DNA from: Nemertoderma westbladi | Taxonomy: Eukaryota > Animalia > Xenacoelomorpha | NCBI GenBank assembly: GCA_032718475.1 | Contig: JAUCBJ010006361.1 | Coordinates: 1-39,757, forward strand | Direction: 5' to 3' | Length of the DNA: 39,757 nt | Shown here: in pieces, positions 24,996 through 36,020 of the stretch | How positions within the stretch are numbered: the stretch's first letter is position 1 | Layout: the number at the start of each line of letters is the position of its first letter | The notes under the pieces: model-generated | The model's input: only the letters and a program-made list of their open reading frames with translations | The model's database searches: none | What the model was told of the DNA's origin: nothing | Made by a program: the position numbers and the translations under genes

Positions 24996-25523
24996 GTGAA
25001 TATTAATTTAATATGTTTGTTTAGTGAATAAATATTTGTAAAATATTTATTGAATTTGTTACTGTGAATTATGTTAATTATTGAATATTCAATAAATATT
25101 ATTGTATTGTAGAAGTTTAAATTTCCCGCTTTAATTCTATACTTACAATCAGATGCCATGCCATACTCCTCCGCCATTTTTTAATCAGTGGTCTTGTCAC
25201 AATGACCAAAAAAACTTCTAGACAGGATTTTGAAAAAATTATGTCTCGAAGTTTTATTTGTCAACATGTCAAGACGGAGGAGTAGCTTTGAGTGGCGCAA
25301 AAAGGAGAAATAAAAATTCTCAGAAAAATTCAATTAAAATTTAAATTTTCCTGTTTAATTAAAAATATTTTTTTTGCATTTATTTTATTTGTTGTTCAGC
25401 AATAAAAGTATTAGGCCTATACCGGTAATGTAATATTAACAGTAAGATAACATTGCAATACTGCAATAGTTTGTGCATAGCCATAGTCGGTCTATTTAAT
25501 AGGCAATAAATCCAATTATTATT

Positions 25524-26459
25524 TCACGTGTCATCGGCCAATTCGCCATCCTCCACTACGCCCGTGTTCCTAGGTGTATAGGTACTCAACACCACCGGCA
25601 ACACGTACCGCAAGTACCACGCGAAAATCGATAAACCTGCTCCGACAGTCAATACTCTTTCGGTCCAGCTGAACTTCAGTTCCCTAGTAACGGGCGATTC
25701 TATAGGAGCCCGGGTAACTAACTCCGGATACTTGCCTGCAACCCGGTCGCGGTAGGCCGAGAGACCGGGTAGCGTGGCAACGTGGTCCCTGAGGGGGTTA
25801 TTAGGTAGGTTTAACTCAATTATCAGTGAAATAGCAGAGTAAACATAAGCGTCCAGAGAGCAAGTTGTGTTCCCTCCGTAAAAATCTGCTTCGCCTAACT
25901 CTTTGTCCAAATAATTCAAACATTTTCTACCGTTAGAAACAATTTTACTTTCCAATGTCGTCGGTTTATTATCACCGTATTGGCAACTCGCGTGGACCGC
26001 TTTAACGTAGCGACTGCGCAAGAAATCCGGGATAAACAAAGAGAAGGGGAGGCCCAGACTGGAGGCGCACAATCGCCGAGTTGTCGCGTTGTAATTCGCG
26101 TCGTTGCACCATAGTAGGTAACGAATAGCCGGGAATAGTTGGTTGCTACAAAAACTCGTGTAAGCTTGCATAGTAGCTAATCCGTGGTCATCTAGAAAGT
26201 CGTTCATACCGCAAACTGAACTGCGTCGACGTAAGTAACTCATAATAGCACTGAATCCAGAAATATATTTATTGTCTTCTGTTTTGAGAACGGGGGAATT
26301 GGCGGATATTTTGAAAGGGGGGAGATAGGAAGTTACCGTTGATAATTCGACTTTGTTTATGACACATATCGATTTTATGACCAGTGCATCAATATCTAAG
26401 GTAAACACCGAGGGTTTAGGGTGCATGTCACCAATAATATTCCACGAATATAGTTCCAT
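25524..26459 (-). CDS. MTX1: Metaxin-1/3-like mitochondrial outer-membrane protein (SAM-associated, GST-like fold), single coding exon
   Basis: Intact 311-aa ATG-to-stop ORF: MELYSW, LFPAIRYLLWCNDANYNATTR..LGLPFSLFIP, KCLNYLDKELGEADFYGG..SLDAYVYS, LPNNPLRDHV..LPGLSAY, plus a C-terminal hydrophobic anchor (VLTVGAGLSIFAWYL) as in metaxin-1. Minus-strand AATAAA near 25379-25389. Confidence 0.85.
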   Translation of the reverse strand: MELYSWNIIGDMHPKPSVFTLDIDALVIKSICVINKVELSTVTSYLPPFKISANSPVLKTEDNKYISGFSAIMSYLRRRSSVCGMNDFLDDHGLATMQAYTSFCSNQLFPAIRYLLWCNDANYNATTRRLCASSLGLPFSLFIPDFLRSRYVKAVHASCQYGDNKPTTLESKIVSNGRKCLNYLDKELGEADFYGGNTTCSLDAYVYSAISLIIELNLPNNPLRDHVATLPGLSAYRDRVAGKYPELVTRAPIESPVTRELKFSWTERVLTVGAGLSIFAWYLRYVLPVVLSTYTPRNTGVVEDGELADDT

Positions 26460-26949
26460 TGTCGATGAGGCAAATCAGCAAAGTGTAACAATTAAAAGCG
26501 TATTTATCTAACCTATATAGGTGTAGGCCCTATTCAGCTACTTGCCTACCAGTCTGTCAGTCACAGTTTCAGTCTTTCAGTATACCCAGATACCGCTCTC
26601 TATCTCTGAATCTGCTCTAAGTCTACCTACTAGTGACCACATTAGAGGACAAGCAGTGAGCCGGCTCGGCTGCTGGCTTCCTGGCCCTAAAACTTATGGG
26701 TTCCTCACACTTATCTTCAGGCTCCGATGGTAGGACTACAGTATAAACACTTGCCATGTTAAGTCGTTTCCTATGAACATAAATCCACCTCTAAAACATT
26801 GAATAATTTCAGTTTATTCATTTTTTCAACCAATCAGAAACTTCCTTAATTTAGTCTATTAGTTTATTTTGTTTCTGTTTTCTTTATCCCCTGAACAACG
26901 TAATTAGTTAATTTTTTCTTAAACCCATTAACTTTTTAACAAAAAATAA

Positions 26950-27120
26950 ATTAAATAACTAAATCAGCCGCCGTCGAGAGGAGATAAGACACGGAACTTA
27001 AGGATAGATAATGTTTTAGGCTTTTGAGCGATACCTCTGCTTACAAACCTTTAACTACACGATCCCACTCCTCAGTTTACTAAAGAACTTCCTTCCCTTA
27101 TTTTAAAAAGGTTAAAGATT
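26950..27120 (+). mobile_element. Penelope-like element fragment (RT N-terminal region)
   Basis: Degenerate reading ..RGDK.. then RLLSDTSAYKPL..DPTPQF, resembling the PLE 'ADK...LLxDxxxYxxLxxDPT' signature. Confidence 0.4.
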
Positions 27121-28383
27121 CAATACCATATACGCCGCCCACCAACTAGTTCCTAAAAACGCACTCTGTAACAGTTACAGAGTAACTGCAAATAAACAGA
27201 ATACTGTATAATACTGTAAATACTGTGTTAAATACTGTATAACTTAACACGATTGGTCCGTTACTTTAGTTTGAGAAGCGGAACCTGAAGTTGGGTTGCG
27301 GTACAATTTGAGATCCTTAAAATTGACCGTTGTGGTTGGAGTACGTCTGTTTGGACGCCTGCGCAAAGGTCTGATCTTGTACGAAAGGGGTGACAACTTA
27401 CTAACTACGAGATGTGGGCCTGTATAATTGAACCGTAGCTTATTGTTCTTACGCTTTATACGACGATCGTAATAAAGAACGAGGTCGCCTATCTCGAATG
27501 GTTGTTGTTGTTGTTTAGCCCTTCTACTTACGTTTTAAGTACTTGTACTGGTATGTCTGTAGGTCTACTATTACGTGTATTTGTACTTGTTCTACTATGC
27601 TGAGAAACTTTTACATTTACCACACCTCTAGCTACAATAATTTGTGACTTATTTTTTGTAACAGGTTCTATAAAAAAGGTACCGTAAACTTTACCCTGTT
27701 TTCTAAACTGAACTGGAATTATCGCCTGGCTACATGGCGGTATTTTAAATCGCTTTTGAGAAACTATAACACTGGACTTCCTCACTAGCGGTCTACCTTC
27801 TAACGGACTACCTTGGATACTCGATTGTTTACTCGAACTAAAGGGCAACAATTCCTTACTACGCAGGCAGGACTACACACTTATTACGAATATCCACACT
27901 ATCTACCGATCTCTCGAAAAAATCTGCTCCGAAAATGGCATCAGATTGCGTTACATTAGAAATATCTGCTACGACAAACATCTGGTTTGTTCTATAGGAT
28001 GAAGAAAGCAGAATTTCTAACCTTATTTCACCAACAACAGGCAGCTCACCTCCGAAACCACGAATAGCCGACAAGTGTGAGCGCTGAATTGCTGAGCCTC
28101 TGGGAAGAGAACGGACATCGAGAACCGACAGTTGAGCCCCCGAATCAATAAAATGCGTTATTTTCATTATTAGCCACTGAAAAAGTAACGGTCCAATCAC
28201 AGTCGCCGACAGCATTATTTGAACGTATAAATGCTGTACGAGTGCTCAACACCTGGGGACTGATAAGTCTGATAAGTAAGGTTTAAATTATTGCTAGTTG
28301 AATAATCGTCATTACCATTTCCGAATGAAAATTCAGGGTATGAAAAATTACAGGGTTCAAAGTTACTTTCATACTTATTCGAA

Positions 28384-28535
28384 AAAGAACGTACCTTCTG
28401 TTGCTTACAATCACGAATAACATGGCCCATTTCCAAAGAACGTACCTTCTGTTGCTTACAATCACGAATAACATGGCCCATTTCCAAAGAACGTACCTTC
28501 TGTTGCTTACAATCACGAATAACATGGCCCATTTC
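28384..28535 (-). repeat. 3 x 51-bp in-frame tandem repeat in the gag zinc knuckle
   Basis: Units start at 28384, 28435 and 28486 and encode EMGHVIRDCKQQKVRS(L/F). Confidence 0.95.
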
Positions 28536-29593
28536 ACCGCAGTTGTAACATTTAGGAGTTCCTTGTCTAATATTGCGTGGGCGAAAATTATCATTATTAT
28601 TATCATTACGTTGGGTTATACTGAACACTATTACTGTTGTTACTATTCATAGTGTTTCCAGAAAAGTTATCGGAGCTATCAATAATTGGTCTACTATAAT
28701 TATTATTACTAATTGAACTGTTAATATTATTATAACTCATAACAGTTATTAGATTAGTTAAATGCTTCACTTGTTTTTCTAAGTGTTTTATATCACCTGA
28801 GTTATGTTTGTGTTTAGTTTCTAAAGAAAGATTCTCAAGTTTTTTGGGTTCCAGATATAATTCCTCACGTCTGGCCCTTCTAATTGCTTCGTGAAAATCG
28901 GCAGGCTCAGTCATACGGATAGCTCGAGCCAAATCGGGAGAAATTCCCTTATGGAAAATAGGTAACAAAAGCTGTTCTCTCTGAATTTTATCAAGACCTA
29001 CAAAAGTCTGTTGACCCCAATTCTGTAATATACCTACATAATCAGTAATTGATTCACTGTCTAACTGCCTACGTTCTAATAATTTACTGTAAATCAAGCT
29101 TGAGACAGGAGAAGAAAAACGATGTATAAGAGCACTAAACACAGTATCATAATCTGAGCGTTCGAGTTCAGTGAGTTCTTAGATGACTAAAGCAGCCGAT
29201 CAGTGACGTAGACACAGATGATGTTGATGTTAGCGATCGTTGAAGAGTCCCACCTCTACAGATCGGCGATCCGTTGAACCGATTTAAGCCAGCTGTCGAG
29301 GTCTCCCTTACCATCGTATGTATCCGGTTTCTTCCAGATTCGAACGTTTGACATTTCGTCTCCACTATCAGGCATTTCTGATTTTTTAAAGTCCGTCTGA
29401 GAAGCTTGTGATGTGACTTTCTGTGATCGGGTGACTGGTCGAGAAGCAGACACAGAGACACGTGGTTTCTTCTTGATTGTTGACGCCGATTTGAAACGTG
29501 TTTTACATGGGCTGGTTGTTAAAGACAGTTTATTCGTACGTGGGCTGGGCGGGTTACCACGACTTTGGAACGCGAGATATTTCCTTCTTTGCA

Positions 29594-29611
29594 CTCCCGG
29601 ACGAGCCCCCA
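29594..29611 (-). promoter_or_regulatory. Primer-binding site complementary to the tRNA-Pro 3' end
   Basis: Minus strand reads TGGGGGCTCGTCCGGGAG, 2 nt after the LTR-terminal ..GTTACA. It matches 17 of 18 positions of the canonical PBS-Pro TGGGGGCTCGTCCGGGAT. Confidence 0.9.
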
Positions 29612-29799
29612 GTTGTAACAGTTACAGAGTAAATGCACAGAAACAGAATAAATAATAATGATATAAAAAGAGTTGATTGATAATATAACTTGCTTTAATA
29701 TAATAACATAAATACACTAAAATCTTTCAAACCATAAACCAGATATAATATCAATGAGGAAAAAATCCAGACCCAATCAATTCGTTTTCAAATATATAA

Positions 29800-30890
29800 G
29801 GTTGGATTGCAATATATGGTCGATTTATGTCAAATTTTTTGTGCTAAATATAACTTGCGATTAAGTACAAATGTTGATCAGGATAAATGCAAATGTAAGT
29901 GTAAGTGTATACCATTTAATTTTAAGTGGAGTCCACCCGGTGCTAGGATTAGAGTAGGTACAATTCTTCTCCCATGGGCAAGAGAAGCTATTCACTTAGG
30001 TATTACACTTGACTTTAAATGCACTTTAGCCAAGGACATTCTACGTAAACGCGGCCAGTTTATTGGGAAACTCAATAACATTAGGCAAGAGTTTGGTTTC
30101 TCGCACCCTTGTAATCTAACATATCTACAAAAGTTATACACTATGTGTTTTTATGGTATCAATACATGGAATTTATGGTCCGATGAATGTTCTAGAATCT
30201 TAACCAGCTGGAACATTAACGTTAGGATTATATGGTAGTTGCCTTATAATGCACATAGGTATATTGTCCAATAAATTGTAGGATTTATACATCCATGGGT
30301 TATTTTATGCAAAAATTTTGTTGGTTATTGTAGGTCTATTTTTAATGCTGATAGGATGTGTATTAGATTCCTAGCTAACTTAATGCTATTTGATTGTAGG
30401 AGTACTAGCGGAAGTAATTTACGTCAGATTGGTAATGAGTGCGGGGTGTCGGATTTATCTTTGTTGTCCACCCGAACTGTAGACAATAAACTATCATATG
30501 TACGCACTCCGCCGGGTGAGGAGTGGAGAGTTAATAGCTGCAGAGAAATCGTAAACTCAATTGTAGGTGTAACTAAATATACCTGGTTTTACGCATGATG
30601 AGCTTAGAGATATTTTGAATTATATTTCTTCCACTTAAAGGACTATAGCTTATTTGTTATATTTTTTTTCTGTTTTGTTATGTTCTGTTCGGTTTATATT
30701 AAGTCTTGCTGTATAATTATTGTGCCTATCTTTCGTTCACGTGAAATTTAAATGTAGCTAAATTTATATATTATGCACTATTATCACTCTGTATGTACGC
30801 TCTACTGTACCTGTGCTATTTACTTGGTATTGCTGTACTTATGTGTTTGTCCACGATATAATGTACGAAAAGAAAGAATAATAATAATAA
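29800..30890 (+). mobile_element. 5'-truncated non-LTR retrotransposon 3' part (RT thumb and C-terminus)
   Basis: GLQYMVDLC, LPWAREAIHLG, CFYGINTWNL and SWNINVRIIW.LPYNAHRY, followed by an AT-rich 3' UTR and a (TAA)n tail at ~30877-30890. Confidence 0.75.
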
Positions 30891-31079
30891 GGGAAGGGGC
30901 CTATTGCACTTTACACAGTGGGCAGAGAGTGAACAGCTGAATCACTAATCACTTAACACTTCCAGTAACAACAAATAAGAAGGGAGTATACAATACTATA
31001 GGATGATATTGCAACAGCACAACAGGGTATATTATTATTTAATAGAGATTTACTCAGAGACAACTTTTTTTTTATTAAT

Positions 31080-32331
31080 TTAAGGGGGGAGGGGGGAGGG
31101 GGGGGGGGGGGGGTGGGGGCGAGGTACTGGCTTTGAATTTTGTTCTATTTCATCTAGAGCAGATTTTTATCAAGATTCCAAATATGAAAACCGTTTAGCA
31201 AGATTATTTTGTCTTACTTCTCAAGATATAGCTATCTGTCCGTTTTTCTGTCGGTCTGTCCGTCAGTATGTCTCCAGAACAATAGAAAACATTCTATCTG
31301 TCTAAACAATTTCCTATATGGGTTATCTTGGTCCGTGACTTCATTTCTGATGTATGTCAGTATGCCATTTTGGCCTCGTCTTTTCTGTCTGTATGCATGT
31401 CAGTCTGTACGTCAAAATATAATGGACAAAGGACAGCCTGATAGATAAATTGGAATTCATCAAATGTTAAATCTGACACATAAAATGAATTCTGCGACCA
31501 GGAAAACCCCTATAACTAAACTTTCTACCTAGATGGTATTCCCTTTTCTTATATTTAACGGACAGATTGTCGGATAGTCCGAAAGACCGACAGACAGAGA
31601 CTAAGTAGATTTCATAAGTGAACACTGACCTTAGAAATGAAATCGGCGACCAAGAAAACCCCCATAGCAAAAATCTTATCATGATTTTGTGCTTTCGTGT
31701 TGCTACAGTATATGTACCGGTATATTGACACACCTCACATAGGCCTACTATATTTACAGACAATTTTTGTGCGAGAAGGTTAAACTTTTGAAGGCAATTA
31801 TCTCGGAATGGTATTTTTAAATTTTCAAAATACAAAACACTACTCCTCCGCCATTTTTAAACTAATTTGTAAGTTTTTGGTAGCAAATGAAAGATAGTAG
31901 TGTGCGCACTAATAAAATTCCAGCAGTATTTTTAGTTTTGTAATTTTTCATCTGTTGTAACATTTTTACGAAAAAAACAGCTTTTTTTTTAAATCTGAAA
32001 ATTACTTTGAAAATAGCGGTATTTTCCTTGAAAAGTGCAAAACAAAAATTCAGCTCAAACTTTTTCACGTAATCGGTCATGTTGATTCCAAAAACAGGTT
32101 ACAACTTCTGAAAATAAAGAAGAACAAAGGAGTAGCATTTTAGTCAAAAATATAAATTTTGTCTCTGGCGGCTAAGGGGCGTCAAAAATAAATTTTTTTG
32201 AAAATATTACAATTCAATATAGTCCACCAAAAATATATGTTATACCTTATTTCTACTAATTCGCTTTTTGGTGTCGGTATGCATTTCAAAATGTTGAATT
32301 CAAGCCAGTACCCCCCACCCCACCCCCCCCT
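31080..32331. mobile_element. Composite non-autonomous element region with inverted ends and (GTCY)n-containing internal inverted modules
   Basis: G-run plus GGTACTGGCTTTGAATT (~31084-31139) mirrors AATTCAAGCCAGTACC plus C-run (~32297-32331). The internal module GGTTATCTTGGTC..TTCATTTCT (31321) has inverted copies at ~31482 and ~31632, with CTGTC/GACAG tracts. Confidence 0.4.
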
Positions 32332-32640
32332 CCAGGGCAGATTGAGGCAATTATCGCCTCAACCTTTTTAAACCTTTTTAAATTTCCGAAACGACTCCTA
32401 TTTCTAAACTTTATCACTATCTTTGGTTCCCCCTTGTTTGCTCCCTTACAACATCTCCCAAGCTCGTATTCCCTTAGAACAAACATACTTACTGTACCTC
32501 TACTGAACAACCAGGTCCGGTAACATTGGTTTTATTGGACATACTGTAGTTACAGTAATTGATATGTTCACATCGAAAGACCACGATTTAGGTTGAGATG
32601 TACAATTATATCAGCACAATGTGAAGATGAAACTTTATCC

Positions 32641-32760
32641 AGAAGGACCCCCTTATCCCCGGATGAAATAGATTCATTAATACGGTTTCTACTTACTCAT
32701 AATTACTTTCAGTATCGTAATAAATTGTACTTACAGCTTCTGGGAGTAGCAACGGCTGGC
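32641..32760 (+). mobile_element. Penelope-like RT fragment
   Basis: Translates RRTPLSPDEIDSLIRFLLTHNYFQYRNKLYLQLLGVAT, matching the PLE 'NYFxFxxxxYxQxxGxAMG' motif. Confidence 0.6.
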
Positions 32761-33389
32761 GGTGCCTAAGTAGATTATGTAAAATTATCGCGGTTAATTA
32801 TTTTATTTTTAGAAGATTTTCATATAAATCAACCTCTAACATTGGTAACAAATTATGTGAAAATAATACAATTCCAATCACCTTATGGCAAGGCAACTCC
32901 GCTTGCACTACCAGAGGGCGCCGTAAAGTACGTGTAGCGCGATCGACCCGGGAGTTGATTCAACCCCATGGGGAGACCCAATTTATGGCCACTTCAACTG
33001 TAGGTCTAATTGATTAATTTATTTTGCATGGTGCAATATATATAAGGACCAGTACTATTTAGGACAGACCCTGCAGCGCCTACATCAGAGACAGAATGGG
33101 ACATACTGTAGGTCTAGAATCCGTAATTTCGTTTTCTCAGACGATCCCGATTCCACTTTTCCGGAACCGGAACAACTTTTACTGGAACACATTAACCGGT
33201 GAACTTTAGATAACCTTAAAGTTGCAGCAATAGACTTACAGTATAATAATACTGTAGTACAGATAGTAGGCCTAGCGTACCGTACAGCACTTTAACTTGT
33301 ATTAATTTGTTTTAATGGTTAGTTGATCAGCAGGCCCAAACCTTAATTAATTAATTATATTTTAGAAATGTCATTACTCAGTGTATTGA

Positions 33390-33655
33390 TTACCTAGGTT
33401 GGTCTAGTGGTGACATTACTGTGCTTCCGATTAGGGAGCCCGGGTTCGATCCCTAGATGGTGCAGCACTGTTTGGGCACAGTGCTTTAAATGCTGCAGCC
33501 TAGCCCAACCCCGGCTTTCATCCTTCAGTGGTCGATAAATGGGAACCAAGGCAACTTGGGAAACAGAGTGGAAGGGTTTACTGTGGAAGATCACCCATGG
33601 TGGTGAACAGGCATTCCTTGGCTTAACGAGCCTAAAAGATTCTCCCATTCATTAC
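33390..33655 (+). mobile_element. tRNA-derived SINE with a Meta-domain-like central region
   Basis: A box TGGTCTAGTGG (33400-33410), B box GGTTCGATCCC (33443-33453), then GGCTTTCATCCTTCAGTGGTCGATAAATGGGAACC, similar to the MetaSINE/Sauria core as I recall it. Confidence 0.7.
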
Positions 33656-34146
33656 CTACTGTAGGTTGTTGGGCTATTTAACAAGCAGCGCCAAGTACCT
33701 ATTGTAATTCAACTGGGTCGGCTGCCAATCAAACTTTTAAGTAGTACAGGTGCACACTGCACAGGTACCCGCACAGTAGAAATTCACATTATTTATTTAT
33801 TTTATAAGTTAATATTCATAATATTTGTGTGTTGCTCAGCGATAATTAGGCATATTGTTAGTGCATTAATATATACGGTATTTATAGTACTTGATTCTGA
33901 AAAACAACTAATCACAAAGTTTATCCATTAATGTTTGTTTGCACGGCCTTGTTTCGGTTGTATGTAATAATAACACACTGTAGGCCTAGATTAAGGTTAG
34001 GGGACCGGTTTCTTTTACTTTTGACAAGTTATTTACAGGTATGGTATAAGACCAATGTCTTTACGATATACAATATATTACCGGCTATTGTTTTATATTG
34101 ACTCTGACATCGGACAATAGTTTACTAAAATGATTATAAAGCCATA

Positions 34147-34432
34147 ATGTGGAACAAAGGAATACAGTTTTATATACTTTTAAATCTAACCTTACCTTTG
34201 GATTGTGCCACGTATTGGAATAGTTTTTGTACGAAACCGACAGCCGTTAGTGTCTCTAGGGTGGCAGCATCGTCCCTCCATTGCAGTACGGAATGCACGA
34301 GAAGAAGTGGAGAATGCTTCGGGTTCATCTACAGAGATGGTCTCTGTAAACTCTTCAACGATAATTGTCTGGAGACCATGAAAAATTGGGATACAAAAAA
34401 CCTTGGTTTGAGGTGGATTAGTCGTGACAAAG
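34147..34432 (+). CDS. Exon 1 (signal peptide + PAN/apple-like domain) of a secreted or cell-surface protein
   Basis: ATG, hydrophobic IQFYILLNLTLPL, HCSTECTRRSGECFGFIYRDGLCKLF (CxxxC-x5-CxGFxY-x4-C), and a phase-1 donor AAG|GTAACC at 34433. Confidence 0.7.
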
Positions 34433-34624
34433 GTAACCATCCTGGTTTATGATATATTATTTTATGTAGTCGGTTACAAAAAGGTATTATTCTGGTAATC
34501 TTGTTGCGTGTTATTATTTCATTGCAACATATGGCTGTATGTGATTGGTTGCTGGGGAAGTTTAGCAGCATGACAGCCATAGGCTGTAGTTAAACCAAGG
34601 TGTACTAAATACTACTAATAATTA

Positions 34625-34760
34625 TGGGGCGGGTAACGAAAGTAAGAGAGCTTAGCATACGGGTACCACTAACTCAATCGGTGTGTCTGTGGGGCGAGCC
34701 ACGAAGTGAGTGAGCCTTAGCGTAGGGGTAGGCCTACCATTAATCAACCTGTCGTTCTGT
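34625..34760. repeat. Diverged tandem pair (~65/71 bp) within an intronic repeat
   Basis: TGGGGCGGGTAACG..GGGTACCACTAA..TCTGT versus TGGGGCGAGCCACG..GGGTA[GGCCTA]CCATTAA..TCTGT. Confidence 0.75.
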
Positions 34761-35645
34761 TGTGTTCAATTTTAAACGTTAATAACTCAGCCAAATGTTA
34801 ATGGAATTTAACCAAACTTGGTACACATGTAGTCTGGCAAAAGTTTAGAAATTTTCCAAGTTGAATTTCCATGTGGCCTTCGCAAAGCGAAGATAATAGC
34901 CATTAATTAGTTAATTAAGGTGATTAGGGTAAAAACAGCATTTTCAACCTGCCTCTTAAAAGGATATTAATTATTTTCTAGTGTAAGATTTAAATAATTA
35001 TACTTAACAATTATACAGCTGTATTCCCCATACCCCATTCCATTATAATTTTTAATCAGTTCAAGAGATTTGCTTTAAGAAATGTGTTTTTAATTGATCT
35101 AAACGTAATTAACTTATTAGAATGATCCGTCTCCAGCTACTGTAAAGCTCCCTCCTTCATTGGCATACTTGCAATAGCAAGCATGCCTAGCCTAGCTTGG
35201 AAGGGGAACCAATCCAACCATACCTCACCTCTACTCAAAGGCAGCATTATAATGAGCCAGAAGCCATTGTAATGAGGGGGGCTGGGGGGGGGGGGCTTTT
35301 CCCTCTCTTTGATTTACTGGTGTTTGGTTAAATTTCTTAGATACCGAGTTTGTGATACAGTAGAAACACTCAATATTAATCTGTATCTCATAACTGAGCC
35401 TTGTGCTGCGCGAAGGCCCCACGAACATGTACACCTTGAGTTAACTTTTGTGTGAGCGCTTGTGATTATTTTGTTAACTGGAAGGTATGACGATTTGTGA
35501 TTGGTTGACAGACAGATGGTGGCTGCTCATTTATGAAGAATTGATTTGAAATGGATTTTTGCGTTCAAAACAGATTATGGTTTACAACTTTTCGCATACA
35601 GAGAGAGAGAAACATCCAGTAACAGAATGTTGTTGTTTATTCTAG

Positions 35646-35912
35646 TGAAATGGGCTGGAATGTTTGCTACGCCATGTCGACCTCAACATTTAGGTATTGT
35701 GGATCTTAGACTTGAACATGGAATTTCTACTCTCAACCAATGCATGTTACAATGCATTTCAACTACAGAGTGCAAGGCAACTGTCTGGGTTTTTGTCGGC
35801 ATATGCTTGTTCGAAATTCCAGAATTCTCGGATACAACCCTTTCTAATGTCTTTGATATCCATGGCAATGATATGTCGTTCTTTCATAAAATCAATGGAG
35901 AGTCATTTGTTT
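35646..35912 (+). CDS. Exon 2 (second PAN/apple-like domain), symmetric phase 1-1
   Basis: Acceptor TTGTTTATTCTAG|, 267 nt, NQCMLQCISTTECKATVW..GICLF, and donor T|GTAAGT at 35913. In frame with exons 1 and 3. Confidence 0.65.
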
Positions 35913-36020
35913 GTAAGTTTATTTTTTGAGCAAATTACTTGATTAATCTTTTTACGAATAAACATTAGTAAATAAATTAGCGCAACTTTAATAAATAATA
36001 AACTTTTTATACGTGTTTAG

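Larger units (their letters stand above)
27167..29650 (-). mobile_element. Internally deleted Gypsy/Ty3 LTR retrotransposon (gag, protease, integrase C-terminus; no RT, RNase H or IN core)
   Basis: Gag: KPDTYDGKGDLDSWL, RRQLDSESITDY, FHKGI and knuckle CYNCGEMGHVIRDC. Protease: FIDSGAQLSVL, AIFGADF. GPY/F-type region FEIGDLVL..KLRFNYTGPHLV..SYKI (27250-27510). Matching LTR ends TGTAACAGTTACAGAGTAA at 27167 and 29614. Confidence 0.85.

Noticed and set aside
33390-33470. tRNA gene
   Set aside because: The A and B boxes are present, but I could not form a convincing cloverleaf and the sequence runs on into a SINE body.
35897-35903. Non-canonical GA donor (ATG|GAGAGT)
   Set aside because: A perfect GTAAGT donor in the same phase lies 15 nt downstream and supplies the expected Cys.
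35627-35912. Second PAN exon as an alternative first exon with its own signal peptide (MLLFILVKW)
   Set aside because: The apparent hydrophobic start is better explained as a T-rich acceptor tract ending TTCTAG, which gives an in-frame phase-1 internal exon.
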